64,000 nt of DNA. Source: Pseudomonadota bacterium (GTDB taxonomy: Bacteria; Myxococcota; JACRCW01; JAFGSX01). The notes under the pieces are model-generated. The model ran no database searches. It was not told the DNA's origin and worked only from the letters and a program-made list of their open reading frames with translations. Positions 30,053 to 41,500 of this stretch are shown in pieces; the first letter of the stretch is position 1; the number at the start of each line of letters is the position of its first letter. The stretch spans positions 1-64,000 of the forward strand of contig JBDRCO010000036.1 of assembly GCA_043821645.1 (NCBI GenBank), given 5' to 3'. The position numbers and the translations under genes are program-made.

Positions 30053-30535
30053 ATGACCGACCCAGTGCGAGTTCGTATCGCGGCCGTGAACCGGGCCGGC
30101 CCTCGGGACGCCAAGCTGAGCGCACGCGGTCCGGCACCGCATCGCGCCACCGAGCTGAGCGCTGGTCTCGACCTGCAAGCCTGGATCTCCGAGCCCGTGA
30201 CCCTGTCGCCCGGCGAGCGAGCGCTCATCGGCTGCGGCTTTTGCATGGAACTCCCGGCAGGAACGGAGGCCCAGGTCCGTCCGCGCTCGGGGCTGGCCCT
30301 CAAGCACGGCGTGACCGTGCTCAACGCTCCGGGGACCATCGACGCCGACTACCGCGGCGAGGTGAGTGTGATCTTGATCAACTTTGGGCGCGAGGCCTTC
30401 GTGATCACTCCGGGGATGCGTATCGCCCAGATGGTAGTGGCCATGGTGGCACCACTCGTCGTCGAGCAGGTCTCGACCCTGGAGCGGAGCGCTCGTGGGG
30501 AGGGAGGATTTGGTTCCACCGGGCTTCAGGGTTGA
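30053..30535 (+). CDS. dut: dUTP diphosphatase
   Basis: AGLDL, RPRSGLA, GTIDADYRGE, RIAQ, RGEGGFGSTG. Confidence 0.97.
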   Translation: MTDPVRVRIAAVNRAGPRDAKLSARGPAPHRATELSAGLDLQAWISEPVTLSPGERALIGCGFCMELPAGTEAQVRPRSGLALKHGVTVLNAPGTIDADYRGEVSVILINFGREAFVITPGMRIAQMVVAMVAPLVVEQVSTLERSARGEGGFGSTGLQG

Positions 30536-30632
30536 GTGGTCTCCCGCCCCATTCCCGGGGAGATGGGTCCGGTCTCCTTGTCGGCCCGTCGGGCGCATGG
30601 TATGAAACGGCGATTTTTACGAGGGTGACACA

Positions 30633-33596
30633 GTGCTCTGCTACAAATGCGGCAGCCACGTTCCCGAGGGCAACAAGACCTGCCCGACCTGCGGGCAGAG
30701 CCTGGCCCGTCCCACCAAGAGTTCCAGCGCCAATGCGGTCAGTCTCATCGACGATCGTCGCAAGAGCCGCACCGCGTCGAGAACCGGCAATCTGCTCGCC
30801 AACGGCGACGTGCTGAGCAGCCGCTACCGCATCATCAACAGCATGGGCCAGGGTGGTGTCGGCGCGGTGTATCGTGCCCACGACCAGGACATCGACGTGG
30901 ACGTGGCTCTCAAGACCGTGGCCACCAAGCTGTTGCAGGCTCCCGAGGAGCGAAAGAGCTTCTCGCAGAAGATTCGCCTCGCCCGCAAGCTGCACCACGC
31001 CAACATCGTGCGCATCTACGACGAGGGGCACGACGGGGAACAGCACTTCTACACCATGCAGCTCCTCGAGGGGCTGACCCTGCGCAAGGTCATCGATCTG
31101 CGGCGCGAGAAGAAGCAGCCCTTCGTGTCGCAGGAGATCGAGCCCATCTTCAGGCAGCTGTGCGCGGCCCTCGATTACGCGCATCGCACGACCTACCATG
31201 GGGATCTGAAGCCCGAGAACATCATCATCCTGCCGGATCTGCTCAAGCTGACGGACTTCTGCCTGATCCAGGCGCTGCCGCTGAAGCCTTTTTTAGCCAT
31301 CCAGAAGTCCCGAGGCCGCCCCTTTTCGTACATCGCTCCCGAGGTGCGGGTGGAGTCCTCGCACATCGATGGCCGTGCCGACGTCTACTCGATGGGTGTC
31401 ATCCTCCTCGAGATGCTCACCGGTGAGGTGTTCGGCGGCAACTGGGACAAGCCCTTCAAGACCCTGTGCGAGAGCTTGCCACGACGCGTCGATGCACTGG
31501 TGCGGCGCGCCCTGTCCGAGCAGGCCGAGGCACGTTTTCAGACCGTCGATGATTTCATGGATTCCCTGGACGAGGCCCTGCGCGCCGGCGATCTCGAGAG
31601 CGTGAACGCCGCCCGGGTCCAGGCGTCGCCCCCACCACCGCCCACCCCGAGCGACGACGACGACCTCGAGGACGACGATGACCTGGTGAGCGAGCCCCAG
31701 ATGATCTCGGGCAGCAGTGTCCTGCTCATCGAGGATGACACCGCGCGCAGCGAGACCCGGCCACAGCGCCCGCTGGTTGGTGACGACCACACCCCTCTCG
31801 AGCGCCCGCCTGCGATCGAAGGGGAGGGCGAGCGCTCCCGTTCCGGCCGCCAGGCCTACGGTGGTCCGCCGCCCCTGCCTCCCGAGGACGACGACGTGGA
31901 CACCAACGTCGACCGCAGGGAGAAGGCGGCCCAGGCCTCCTCCCTGGCCGACGAGGTGCGGCGCGCGACCGGGGAGTCCAGTGACATTTATGACCGCCGG
32001 ACCGTGGCCGAGATCGACGGTGGTCCTCCTGCTGCAACGAGTTCCCGCGGTGGCAATGGCGCTTCTGGTCTGGCCAAGAACTCTCCGCCGCCACTACCGG
32101 CCGACGCCCTCGAGGGTTTCGACGAGGACGCGGGCACCCAGTCCGAGCCTGGTGATCCCGTCGGCATCCACGACGAACTCACCGCCCTTTCTCCGTATCC
32201 TGAGCCTCCGCCGGGGAGCCTGCGGGGCCCCCTGCCCACACCCATGCCCACGGTGCTGCCTCCTCCTCTGGCGCCGGTGCTGCCCCCCCTGCGGCGGCAG
32301 TCGCCGGGCAAGTACATCGCGATGACGGTAGCGGCGCTGTTCGTGCTCGGAGTGGGAGGGTTCTGGGTCTTCAACTACATCCAAGACCTCAAAGCCCAGC
32401 TCAACCACCAGCGCGTGGCACAGTTCACCGGTACAGGAGCGACTGCCGCCGGAACCGCGGATGCCGGCCAGGCTGATGCATCGAGCGCGCTGGATGAGGC
32501 CCGCAAGGCGGAGGAGACCCGCAAGGCCGAGGAGGCCCGGCTGGTTGAGGAGAAGCGTCTGGCCGAGGAGGCCGCCAAAGCCGAAGAGGCGCGCAAGGCC
32601 GAAGAAGCTCGCCTGGCCGGAGACCAGACTGCTACCGCGCAGGCCGAGGAGGCGCGCAAGGCCGAAGAAGAGAAGCGACTCCTGGCCGAGCGCCGCAAGG
32701 CCGAGGAAGAAGAAGCCTCGCGCCTGATGCGGGAGCAGGCCGAGCGCCTCGCCGCCGAGAAGCGCAAGCAGGACGACGCGCGGCGCCAGGTCGACGACGA
32801 CAAGAAACGGCAGCGCGAGGAGGCCAAGCGCCTCGCCGACGCCGAGCGGCAGCGCCGTGATGAGGAGAAGAAGCAGAAGGCCGAGGATGCCCGGCGGCGT
32901 GTCGACGAGGAGAAGCGTGCCCGTGCAGAGGCCGAGGCTCGGCGCAAGGCCGAAGAGGAGGCCAGGGCGCGCGAGACCAAGGTCGCAGCCGTGGGCCCCG
33001 ACGCCAAGGCCGGAGAGTGCCCGCGGGGCATGGCCAAGATCGATGCCGGGTCTTTCAAGATGGGTTCCGCGGCCAACGATCCGATGCGCAACTTCGAGGA
33101 GAAGCGGAACGAGTCGGTGGAGGTGCCCAGCTACTGCATCGACTACTACGAGTATCCGAACGGCAAGAAGGTCCTGCCGACCACGGGCGTCAGCTGGTAC
33201 CAGGCCAAGACCATGTGCGAGAGCAAGGGCAAGCGGCTGTGCAGCGAGGAAGAGTGGGAGAAGGCCTGCAAGGGGCCTGGCAACCTGCGCTATCCCTATG
33301 GCAACAAGTGGGACCCGACGCTGTGCAACACCGAGGACGCGGAGGGCAATGATAGACCCCTCGACGTGCCCAAGGCGTTTGCGCGTTGTCGCTCGGCGTA
33401 CGGTCCCATCAACCTCAGCGGCAACGCCGCCGAGTGGACGGCCTCCAAGTTCTCGGCAGGCCTCAATGATCGCGTTCACAAGGGCGGTGCTGCGGACCGT
33501 CCCAACTGGGCCGCGCGTTGCGCCAATCGCGGCAACCTGCCTCCCAACGAGAAGAACTCCATGCTGGGTTTCCGCTGCTGTGCGGACCCGCAGTGA
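30633..33596 (+). CDS. Transmembrane Ser/Thr kinase with zinc ribbon, E/K/R-rich stalk and C-terminal FGE/SUMF1-like domain
   Basis: CYKC...CPTC; GQGGVG, VALK, HGDLKPEN, APE; TM; EEARKAEE repeats; IDYYEYPN, KRLCSEEEWEKAC, SGNAAEW, GFRCC. Confidence 0.9.
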   Translation: MLCYKCGSHVPEGNKTCPTCGQSLARPTKSSSANAVSLIDDRRKSRTASRTGNLLANGDVLSSRYRIINSMGQGGVGAVYRAHDQDIDVDVALKTVATKLLQAPEERKSFSQKIRLARKLHHANIVRIYDEGHDGEQHFYTMQLLEGLTLRKVIDLRREKKQPFVSQEIEPIFRQLCAALDYAHRTTYHGDLKPENIIILPDLLKLTDFCLIQALPLKPFLAIQKSRGRPFSYIAPEVRVESSHIDGRADVYSMGVILLEMLTGEVFGGNWDKPFKTLCESLPRRVDALVRRALSEQAEARFQTVDDFMDSLDEALRAGDLESVNAARVQASPPPPPTPSDDDDLEDDDDLVSEPQMISGSSVLLIEDDTARSETRPQRPLVGDDHTPLERPPAIEGEGERSRSGRQAYGGPPPLPPEDDDVDTNVDRREKAAQASSLADEVRRATGESSDIYDRRTVAEIDGGPPAATSSRGGNGASGLAKNSPPPLPADALEGFDEDAGTQSEPGDPVGIHDELTALSPYPEPPPGSLRGPLPTPMPTVLPPPLAPVLPPLRRQSPGKYIAMTVAALFVLGVGGFWVFNYIQDLKAQLNHQRVAQFTGTGATAAGTADAGQADASSALDEARKAEETRKAEEARLVEEKRLAEEAAKAEEARKAEEARLAGDQTATAQAEEARKAEEEKRLLAERRKAEEEEASRLMREQAERLAAEKRKQDDARRQVDDDKKRQREEAKRLADAERQRRDEEKKQKAEDARRRVDEEKRARAEAEARRKAEEEARARETKVAAVGPDAKAGECPRGMAKIDAGSFKMGSAANDPMRNFEEKRNESVEVPSYCIDYYEYPNGKKVLPTTGVSWYQAKTMCESKGKRLCSEEEWEKACKGPGNLRYPYGNKWDPTLCNTEDAEGNDRPLDVPKAFARCRSAYGPINLSGNAAEWTASKFSAGLNDRVHKGGAADRPNWAARCANRGNLPPNEKNSMLGFRCCADPQ
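32490..32980 (+). repeat. Low-complexity coding repeats (EEARKAEE-type charged helix)
   Basis: Recurrent gaggc(c/g)cgcaaggc(c/g)ga(a/g)ga(a/g) units inside the kinase gene. Confidence 0.8.
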
Positions 33597-33698
33597 CGTC
33601 ATGAATCCTATGTCCTTGGCGCCGTCCAATGAGGGGACGGGCATCTGCAAGGCGCAGGTGTGGTCCGCGGTGGCGCCGACAGCAACGGGGAGGTCTGG

Positions 33699-34649
33699 AT
33701 GACACGCTGGGCACGATGGGCGGCGGCGCTGGGGGTCGCACTCACGACCCTGCTGGCGACAGCGGCACAGGCCAGCTCCGTGGCCATCGTCGCCGACGAC
33801 AAGCTTGCCGTGTACCGGCGAGTGATGACGGGCTTCTCGATCGAGGTGCGCATGCCCATCACCGAGTTCAGCCTCGGCGGCAAGCGCGAGAACGGCAAGG
33901 ATGTGTTCAAGCAGGTGGTGGCCCAGTCGCCCGCTCTGGTGCTGGCCATTGGCCCCATCGCCGCCAATCTGGCGCGGGAGCTCCTGCCCGAGACCATTCC
34001 CGTGGTGTTCACCATGGTGCCCAATCTCGAGCAGTATCCCAACCTCAAGGGCCCCAACATCGCCGGGATTGCCCTCGAGCAGAGCATGCGCGACCAGCTG
34101 GACACCTTGAAGACCGTGGCGCCCAAGACCCAGGCCGTGGGGTTGGTGTACAACCCCCGTCACACCGGCAAGAAGATCAGCGAGGCCAAGCACGAGGCCC
34201 AGGCCCTGGGACTCAAGCTGGTGACGGCCGAGGCCAGTGCGCCCGATGACGTGAATCGCGCCGTGAGCAGCATGGACGGCCGCATCGACGCGCTGTGGAT
34301 GATCCCGGATCCGACGGTGCTCAACCTGACCGCCTTCCAGGGGCTGGTCGACTTCTCTGTCAAGAAGCGCATCCCTTTGTTCTCGATCAACTACAAGTTC
34401 GTCGAGAAGGGCGCGCTGGTGTCCATGGGAATCGACTATGCGCGCATCGGGCAGCAAGCAGGGCGCCTGGCCAATCGCATCCTCAAGGAGAACGTCAAGC
34501 CCTCGGCCGTGGGTGTGCAGAGCCCCGAGGGTCTGGACATCGCCATCAACCTGACCACGGCGCGGGCCATCGGTGTCGAGTGTGACCTGGCGCTGGAGAT
34601 CTTCACCTACGCAGCCGAGCGGCAGTACGCGATTCGCGTCTACAAGTGA
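33699..34649 (+). CDS. ABC-type substrate-binding protein (ABC_sub_bind-like), orphan
   Basis: Signal peptide AQA, IPVVFTMV, VGLVYNP, IDALWMIPD, GQQAGRLA.RIL, AINLTTARAIG. Confidence 0.85.
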   Translation: MTRWARWAAALGVALTTLLATAAQASSVAIVADDKLAVYRRVMTGFSIEVRMPITEFSLGGKRENGKDVFKQVVAQSPALVLAIGPIAANLARELLPETIPVVFTMVPNLEQYPNLKGPNIAGIALEQSMRDQLDTLKTVAPKTQAVGLVYNPRHTGKKISEAKHEAQALGLKLVTAEASAPDDVNRAVSSMDGRIDALWMIPDPTVLNLTAFQGLVDFSVKKRIPLFSINYKFVEKGALVSMGIDYARIGQQAGRLANRILKENVKPSAVGVQSPEGLDIAINLTTARAIGVECDLALEIFTYAAERQYAIRVYK

Positions 34650-34650
34650 T

Positions 34651-35154
34651 TCAATAAGGAACTGCGGCTTGCTGCACCTCGGTCTCGATGGGGCCGGGTG
34701 TGGGTTCGCAGGCAGGCTGGGTGGTGGGGCCGGGGTGTGGTTCGTCATCCATGTAGCTGCCACAGAGCCGCACCACGTCGCGTCCAAAGGCGATACTGGA
34801 AACCACTGCTAGGAACACGTGAGCTCCGGCACAGCCCAGGGCACAGCCCCACAACGGGATTCCAAACGAGGCCACCGGATCCTCGGTGATCACGCCGGCC
34901 TGGTTCGCGGCAAGCAGCCCGAGAGCCGCCGCGGTGGTCAACGGCGCCGTGCCTGCGAGCAGCAAGGCCACAGCTCCGACGCCACAGGTGGCGCAGGTTT
35001 CGGGATTGTCGTCATCCACATCGTCGCCGGTCTCGGTGCTGCCACAGGGGGCTGCGGCGGGCCCATGAGTGCCGGGGGCGTCGTCTGCCCGGGCAAGGCC
35101 CTCCCTGGTGAGCAGGGATCCGCACAGCAGGAAGGCGAAGGCAAGCCTGGTCAC
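34651..35154 (-). CDS. Hypothetical membrane protein (signal peptide, 2 TMs, Cys-rich)
   Basis: GGAGG RBS before GTG 35154; hydrophobic segments. Confidence 0.6.
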   Translation of the reverse strand: MTRLAFAFLLCGSLLTREGLARADDAPGTHGPAAAPCGSTETGDDVDDDNPETCATCGVGAVALLLAGTAPLTTAAALGLLAANQAGVITEDPVASFGIPLWGCALGCAGAHVFLAVVSSIAFGRDVVRLCGSYMDDEPHPGPTTQPACEPTPGPIETEVQQAAVPY

Positions 35155-35167
35155 GGTGTCCTCCGGG

Positions 35168-35452
35168 TCATTCGGCTGCCGACGTCCACAGGACGGCCAA
35201 CGCCGCACCCACGGCGAGGGCCACGGCGATGCCAACCAGCAGTGGACTCAGCTGACGTCGCGGTGCCTCATCAGGAACCTCCGCGGTCTGCATCTGCAAG
35301 GAGTCCTCGTCATCGGCGGACGCAGCACTCCGGCTGCGGCGGCGAGCCAGGCGGCGAGAGCGGGACGGGCGCCGCATCGAGGACAGCACGCTGAGCGCAG
35401 CGAACACCACGAACAGAATCGCCACCAGCAGGATCTGGCTCTTCAGGTTCAT
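35168..35452 (-). CDS. Small two-TM hypothetical protein
   Basis: Two hydrophobic segments flanking an Arg-rich and acidic loop. Confidence 0.6.
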   Translation of the reverse strand: MNLKSQILLVAILFVVFAALSVLSSMRRPSRSRRLARRRSRSAASADDEDSLQMQTAEVPDEAPRRQLSPLLVGIAVALAVGAALAVLWTSAAE

Positions 35453-35536
35453 GTTCGTGGGCCCTTCTCACACGCGGGGAACAAGTCTCGCACATTATAG
35501 GTTGAAAAATGGAGGCGCGGGAGGGGCTTTGCTAGC

Positions 35537-38500
35537 ATGAACCCGATGTCCACGCCCCCAGGCGAGCGCGACCGTGCCTCGCGGCCAGCTGCCGAGGCGC
35601 CGCCGCCGTCGATCGGGTTCGCCCTGGCCTTCGAAGCCGGGCGCGCGCTGCTGCGTCTGGTGGACCGCGAGCTGGCACCGGGCATCGTGATCCGGATGGC
35701 GGACTTCGAGATCCCGGACGTGTCTTTTCCCCTGGATGTGAGCGGCGGAGCCGATCGTTTTCAGAATCGGCGATTGCGGCTGCACGCTCTGCACGTCTCC
35801 CTGGATCTGAAAGCCCTGGCTCCCGTTCTAGCTAGCCGCCTTGCCAGATCGGGTGTCAGCCTGACTCGCTGGCGTAGCGAACAGGGTGTCCTGGCCATCG
35901 AGGGGCGGGTCGGCGATGCGCTCACCGGGGGCTTCGTCGCGCACGTGGGCGTCGGGGCACTGCAGGGACTCCAGCTTCAGGTTCAGGTGTTTGACACGGT
36001 GTGCCTGGGCGCTGCCTCGGTGACCCCGACGCTGGTCGCCGGCGCTCTGCTGTCTGCTCTGCCGCAGGGCGCGGAGCAGGTGACTGCCACTCCAGGGGCC
36101 TGCGCCCTGGACCTGGCCGAGCACCTGCTGCAACCGCTGCTGATCAACCACGGATGGAAGCGGGCGGCATTCGAGACCGTGGATATCGACTTCGTGCGTG
36201 TCGACGAGGACCGCATGGATGTCCTGGCGCGCGGGGAGATCGAGCCCTCGTGGTACGCCAGCCAGCCACGCCCCGAGGCGGGGCCCGCTTTGCAGCGGGC
36301 TGCGCGAGCCATGGCCCACGAGGATCAGCTGGCACCGCTCCGGCGCTTGCTGTCCCAGGGGCAGGTGGTCGAGGCCATGCGCGAGGCCCGGCTCCTGGCG
36401 GACCAGTTTACGGATGACGATGCTGTCATCGCGGCGGCCCTCGAGGCGCTGAGCCTGGACCCTGGGGGTGTCGACGAGGCGAGGGAGCTGTTCGACGCCG
36501 CGCGCGGGCGTGCCGACCTGGCGGTCCTGGCCGGCGCGGTGCGTCTATGCCGCAACACGGACGAGCGACTGCAAGTGCTGGCCGAGCTGGCCCTCGCTGC
36601 GCAGCGTCTGCGCCTCACGGTGCTGACCCGGCGCGCTTTCGATGCCCAGGGCTGGTCCGCGCTGCAGGTGGACCGCACCCTCGACGCGTTGAGCGCTTTT
36701 GAGCGTGCCCTGTCGGTCGGCGGTGACGACGACCACGTGCTGAGAGGGGCCTTCGAATCGTGCCGGGCTCTGGGGCGCCTGGCCGACGCCGTGCGCTTCG
36801 GTGAGCGTGCCATGCGCGCCGCGAACGAGATCGATCGCGACCTGGCGGTGGCCGTCGGTGAGTTGCATCAGGCGCTGGGTGATGGCGAGCGAGCACGGCG
36901 CTCCTTCCGCCGCGCGCTGCGCGAGGGACCCCGGGCCGACGCCTTGCTGGGTCTGGCCCGGGTGGCGGCGGTGGCCCAGGATCCGACCCGTGCCGTCTCC
37001 CTGCTGGGCGCCGCAGCGGCAGCCGCCTCCGAGGCAGGGGACCGCAAGACCTTTGCGCGGGCACTTGCCGAGCGCGCGCACTATCAACTGGAGAGTCTGG
37101 ACGACGCGGCCGGTGCTTTTCGTTCGGCCCAGAGCGCGCTGGAACTTGGCGCCAACGACGTGGACCTGATCTTGGTGGCGGCCCGCGCCGCCGATCACCT
37201 CGATGATGCGTTGCGCGCCCGCGAACTTTTCGAGCGCGCATTGCAGCAGGACGCATCTCCTCTGCACCGCGCATTCGCGTCGTATCGGCTGGGCATCCTG
37301 CTGCTCGAGGCAGGGGACGCCGAACAGGCAGAGCATCATCTTTCCAGCGCCATGCACATGGCCGAGGACCTCCCCGCCGGGGAGGAAGACCAGCTGGAGC
37401 CTGGGATTGGAGCCAAGGCCAGCGAGGCTCTGCTGCGGTCGCGGGCAGCACGCGGCGACCTGGTGGCGCGCGCGGATCTCTACCTGCTCGAGGCCGGACG
37501 GACGCAGGAGGCGGATGAGCGGGCAGCGGCTCTACTGGGCGCTGCGCGATGCTTCCACGAACTGGGAAGCCGCGGCGCAGCCATCGAGCGCCTGCTCGAC
37601 GCGGTCGAGGTCAGCCCCGCGGTGGCCGAGAACACCCCCGAGATGCAGACCCTCATCGATGGTGCAGATGCCGAGAGTCTCCGCTTCATGGCGCGCCGGC
37701 TCGAGATCCTGGTCGGACGGCCCAGCTATGCACTCAATGCCCTGCGCGTGGCCAGGGCACTCCGCGGGCAGGGGGCGCTGGAAGAGGCCGAGATCGTGTT
37801 GCGCCGTGCCCTCGAACAGGGTGCGTCGACCATCGAGCTCCTGACCGAGCGCGCGGACATCGCCAGAACCCGGCGCGATCTCGACGGTCTCGACGAGACA
37901 CTACAGCTCTTGGCCGCTCGGGACTCCGGGCAGCGTGGTCTACAAGCCCTGGTGGAACGTGCTGCCCTGCTGGCGGGACCGCGCGGCATTCCGTCGCAAG
38001 CGGTGGAGTCCTATGAGGCCGCTCTGGCCCGCGGGGCGGATCCCTCCCTGCTTCTGAATCTGTCCGAAGCCCTGCAAGCCCTGGGCGATCACAGTGGTGC
38101 CATTCATGCGCTCGACCGCGCCTGCGCCAGCCCGGATGCCACCCTGCGTGTGCGCGCCGCTCGCCTCCTGAGCGCGCTGTATGAGGCTGCGGGCCAGCAC
38201 CACCTGGCGCTGGCACCGGCTCGTCTCGCGGAGGCCGCTGGCGAGGCCGAGGACGTGCAAAGACTGGACGATCTGCTCGAGCGCACGGGCCAGCTCGAGG
38301 AGTTGATTCGCCGCTTCGTGATTCGCCCCGAGGCCCAGAAGATCCGGCGTGCCGTGGAGCTGGCCACCCAGGAGCGTGGAGACTGGGAGACGGCACTCGA
38401 GGGCCTCACCCGGCTTTCCGGCGTCGACCCTGCCGATGCTGCCGCCGTGGCGAACTGGTTGCTGGAACGATCCCGGGACGCTTCCCCGAGCACGCACGAA

Positions 38501-41500
38501 CGGGTGCTGTCGACGGTACTGGAGCTTGATGCGCTGCCGATGCAGCAGCGGGCGTTGCAGCTTCAACGAGCCGCCTTGCTCGATTCGGAGCTGAACCAGG
38601 GTGAACAGGCCATCGGGCTGTACCAGGAGATGTACGCCCAGGGGGTCCGGGACCGTCCCGTGCTCCTGGCCTTGCGTGATAGGTGGCTGCAACAGGGGGA
38701 TGAGGCGCACGCGCTCGAGGTTGCGGGGGAGATTTCTGATATCGACGAGGCGAGTGGGTCCCGCGACATCGAACTGCTGGCGGACCACCGCATCGCGGGT
38801 GGGCTGGCCCTACGCCTCGGCCACGATGCACTGGCGATTCGCTACCTCGAACGACTGGTGGAAGCCGCGCAAGGCAAGGACGTGGTGGTGGAACCACCGT
38901 TGTTGCCGCAGATCCTGCAGCTGGTCGACCTCTATGCGACGCAGGGACAGCACGAGGATCAGTCCCGCACTCTGGCGCGGGCCGTCATCCAGTGCCGCGA
39001 CGACGCCTCTCGTATCGACTTGTACAAGCGCATCGCCGAGCTCGAGGAGCACAGCCTGGCCCGTCCCGAGCTTGCGGCCCAGGCACTCGAGCGGGTTCTG
39101 CGTCTCGACCCGGGCGACGAGGAAGCAGCCGGAGCTCTGTCCAAGCTCTATGAATTCCTGGATGAGGTCAGCAAGCTGGTCGCCTTGCACCGTGAGCGCG
39201 CGGGGCTGGCCCGGGTGCCTGCACAGCGCGCAGCCCTGCTCATCACGGCCGGTGATGCCGTGGCTGCAACCGACACGCGCACGGCGGCTCGTTTCTACCA
39301 CGAGGCCCTCGATGTGGCGCCGGAATCCCGGGCCGCGCTCGAGCATCTGGCTCAGCTGGCTCGACGCGAGGGCGACCACGGCATGGCGGTTCGCGGCTAC
39401 CTTCATGCCGCGCGCGCACAGCGTGACGACGTCGCGGCACGCATGCTGGAGGAAGCGGGAGCACTGCTGGCAGGACTGCTGCTCCGTCCGCGCTTCGCAG
39501 CACGGGTCCTGCAGCGTTCGGTGGCCCTGGATCCGACGGCCTTGTCGTCGGCGCTTGCTCTCATCGAGGTCGCGCGTGCCTGTCCAGAACCGGAGCGCGC
39601 GATCCAGGTGCTCGAATGGTTGCACCAGCACGACGATGTTGTCCTCGCTGGCCGCGTCGAGGCAGCCTTGGCCCAGGCCGACATGCTGTCGGTTGCCGAA
39701 GGTGATGATGAGAGCGCCTGGGCTCTGTACCGAAGAGTGCTGGAGCTCGACCCAGGCAATGTCCGTGCGCTGGACGCACTGCTGGTGCGCGCAGCGTCCC
39801 TGGGCGCGCTGGATACCTACCAGCAGCTCCTCGAGCAGCGACTGCAGCAACCGGATCGCCACGCCACCGCGCTCCGCGTCCAGGCGGCCACCGAGTTGCT
39901 GCAGCAGGATCCTCTCGCCGCCCGCGGGTACCTGCAGGCTGCGCTTGGCGATGAATCCCTCGACGGGACCGAGCTGCGGTACGTGGCCTCCCTGGCCCGC
40001 TCTCTCGATGCCCCGGAGCTGCTGGCCAGGGCTCTGGACCGACAGCTTCGGGCAAACGGGGCGACGTCCTTGCAAGAGAGGGTCGAGCTGCTGCGCGAGC
40101 TGGCGAGTGTCCTCGATGGTCCGCTGGGCGATCCGCAGGGCGCTGTCGGCGCCCTGCAGGCGCTGCTGCAGATCGCACCGCAGGATATCGATGGCCACGG
40201 GGCACTCGGTGAGCTTCTGCTGCGTCTGGGTCAGTCCGAGCGAGCCAGTCCGCACCTCGACCGCGTCCTCGAGGCTGCCTCGGGAGAGGAACTCGGGGTT
40301 CACTGGGCGGCCGTGGCGGCGCTGCGCGTCGGCATCGCGGAGCACGAGGGGGACGATGCGCTGGTCGTCAAGCTCCTGCTGGGTCTGAGCGAACACCATC
40401 CGGACAACCGCGGTCTGCGTATCCGCCTTGCCTCCGCCCTCGAGCGTCGGGGGGAGGTGGCCGAGGCCGCACGCTGGCTGGAGCGGGCGCTGGACCTCGT
40501 CGACGAGCGGGGTGATCGCGCGTACCTGTTGATGCGGCTGGCCCGGATGTGGGAGCGGGCGGAGGACCCGAGCCGCGCGGCCCGGGCCTACCTCGTGGTC
40601 GGCACCCTCGACGGCGCTGTGCTCGACGCATGGCGGGGGGCCCATCGCTGCGCCGAGGCGAGCGGAGATGCGGAACTCAGATTGCAGGTGGATCGTGCCA
40701 TCGAGGACGCTGCGGCTCCAGTGGAGGGCGAGCGAGATCGCCGCTTGCGGCTTCTCGAGGCCGCGCTGCAGGCGGAGCAGGGTCCCGAGGTGCTGCGCTG
40801 GGTCGACGCTCTCGTGGACGATGAGGGAGCGCAGACCTGGCTGCGATCGAAGCTGCCGGCCCTGGCGAGCCTCGGCCTCGGCCGCGGCGTCGAGGCGGTC
40901 GTTGAGCATTGGCCTGACACCCCTGAGGAGGACGCAGAGGCGCGTCAGCACGCCCTCGGGTTGCGCGCACGCGCGCGGCTGGCAAGTGGAGATACACCCG
41001 GGGCCCTCGTCGATCTCGAGGCGGTGTGGGAGCACGGGTCGGGCGATCCACAGATCCTCGAGACCATCTGCGATCTGAATCTCGCTGCCGGCAACAAGGT
41101 CCGTGCCCGGCGCGTCCTCGAGGAGGGAGCGCGTCGGAGTTCCCGGCCGGAGCAGGCGATCGCGCTGCTGCAGCGCTGGTATGCACTGGCCCCGTCGGCT
41201 GCGGCCGAGGAGGATCGGGAGACCTTCGAGCTGTGGCACAGACTGGCGCCTGATTCCCGGGACGCTCGGATCGCTCTTTGTGACCTGCACCACCAGGCCG
41301 GACGCTGGGTCGATCTGGAGCACGTGGCAGCGACCATCCCCATCTCGTCGCTGGAGCATGATGCACAGGCTCGCCTCGCCTGGCAGCGTGCCGAAGCCGC
41401 TTGGCGTCTGGATCAGGTCGCGGAGGCCCAAGGCGACCTTGCGCAGGCGTGGCATCTGCATCCCGATCCCGAGGGGCAGGATCCCGCCCTGATCCTCCTC

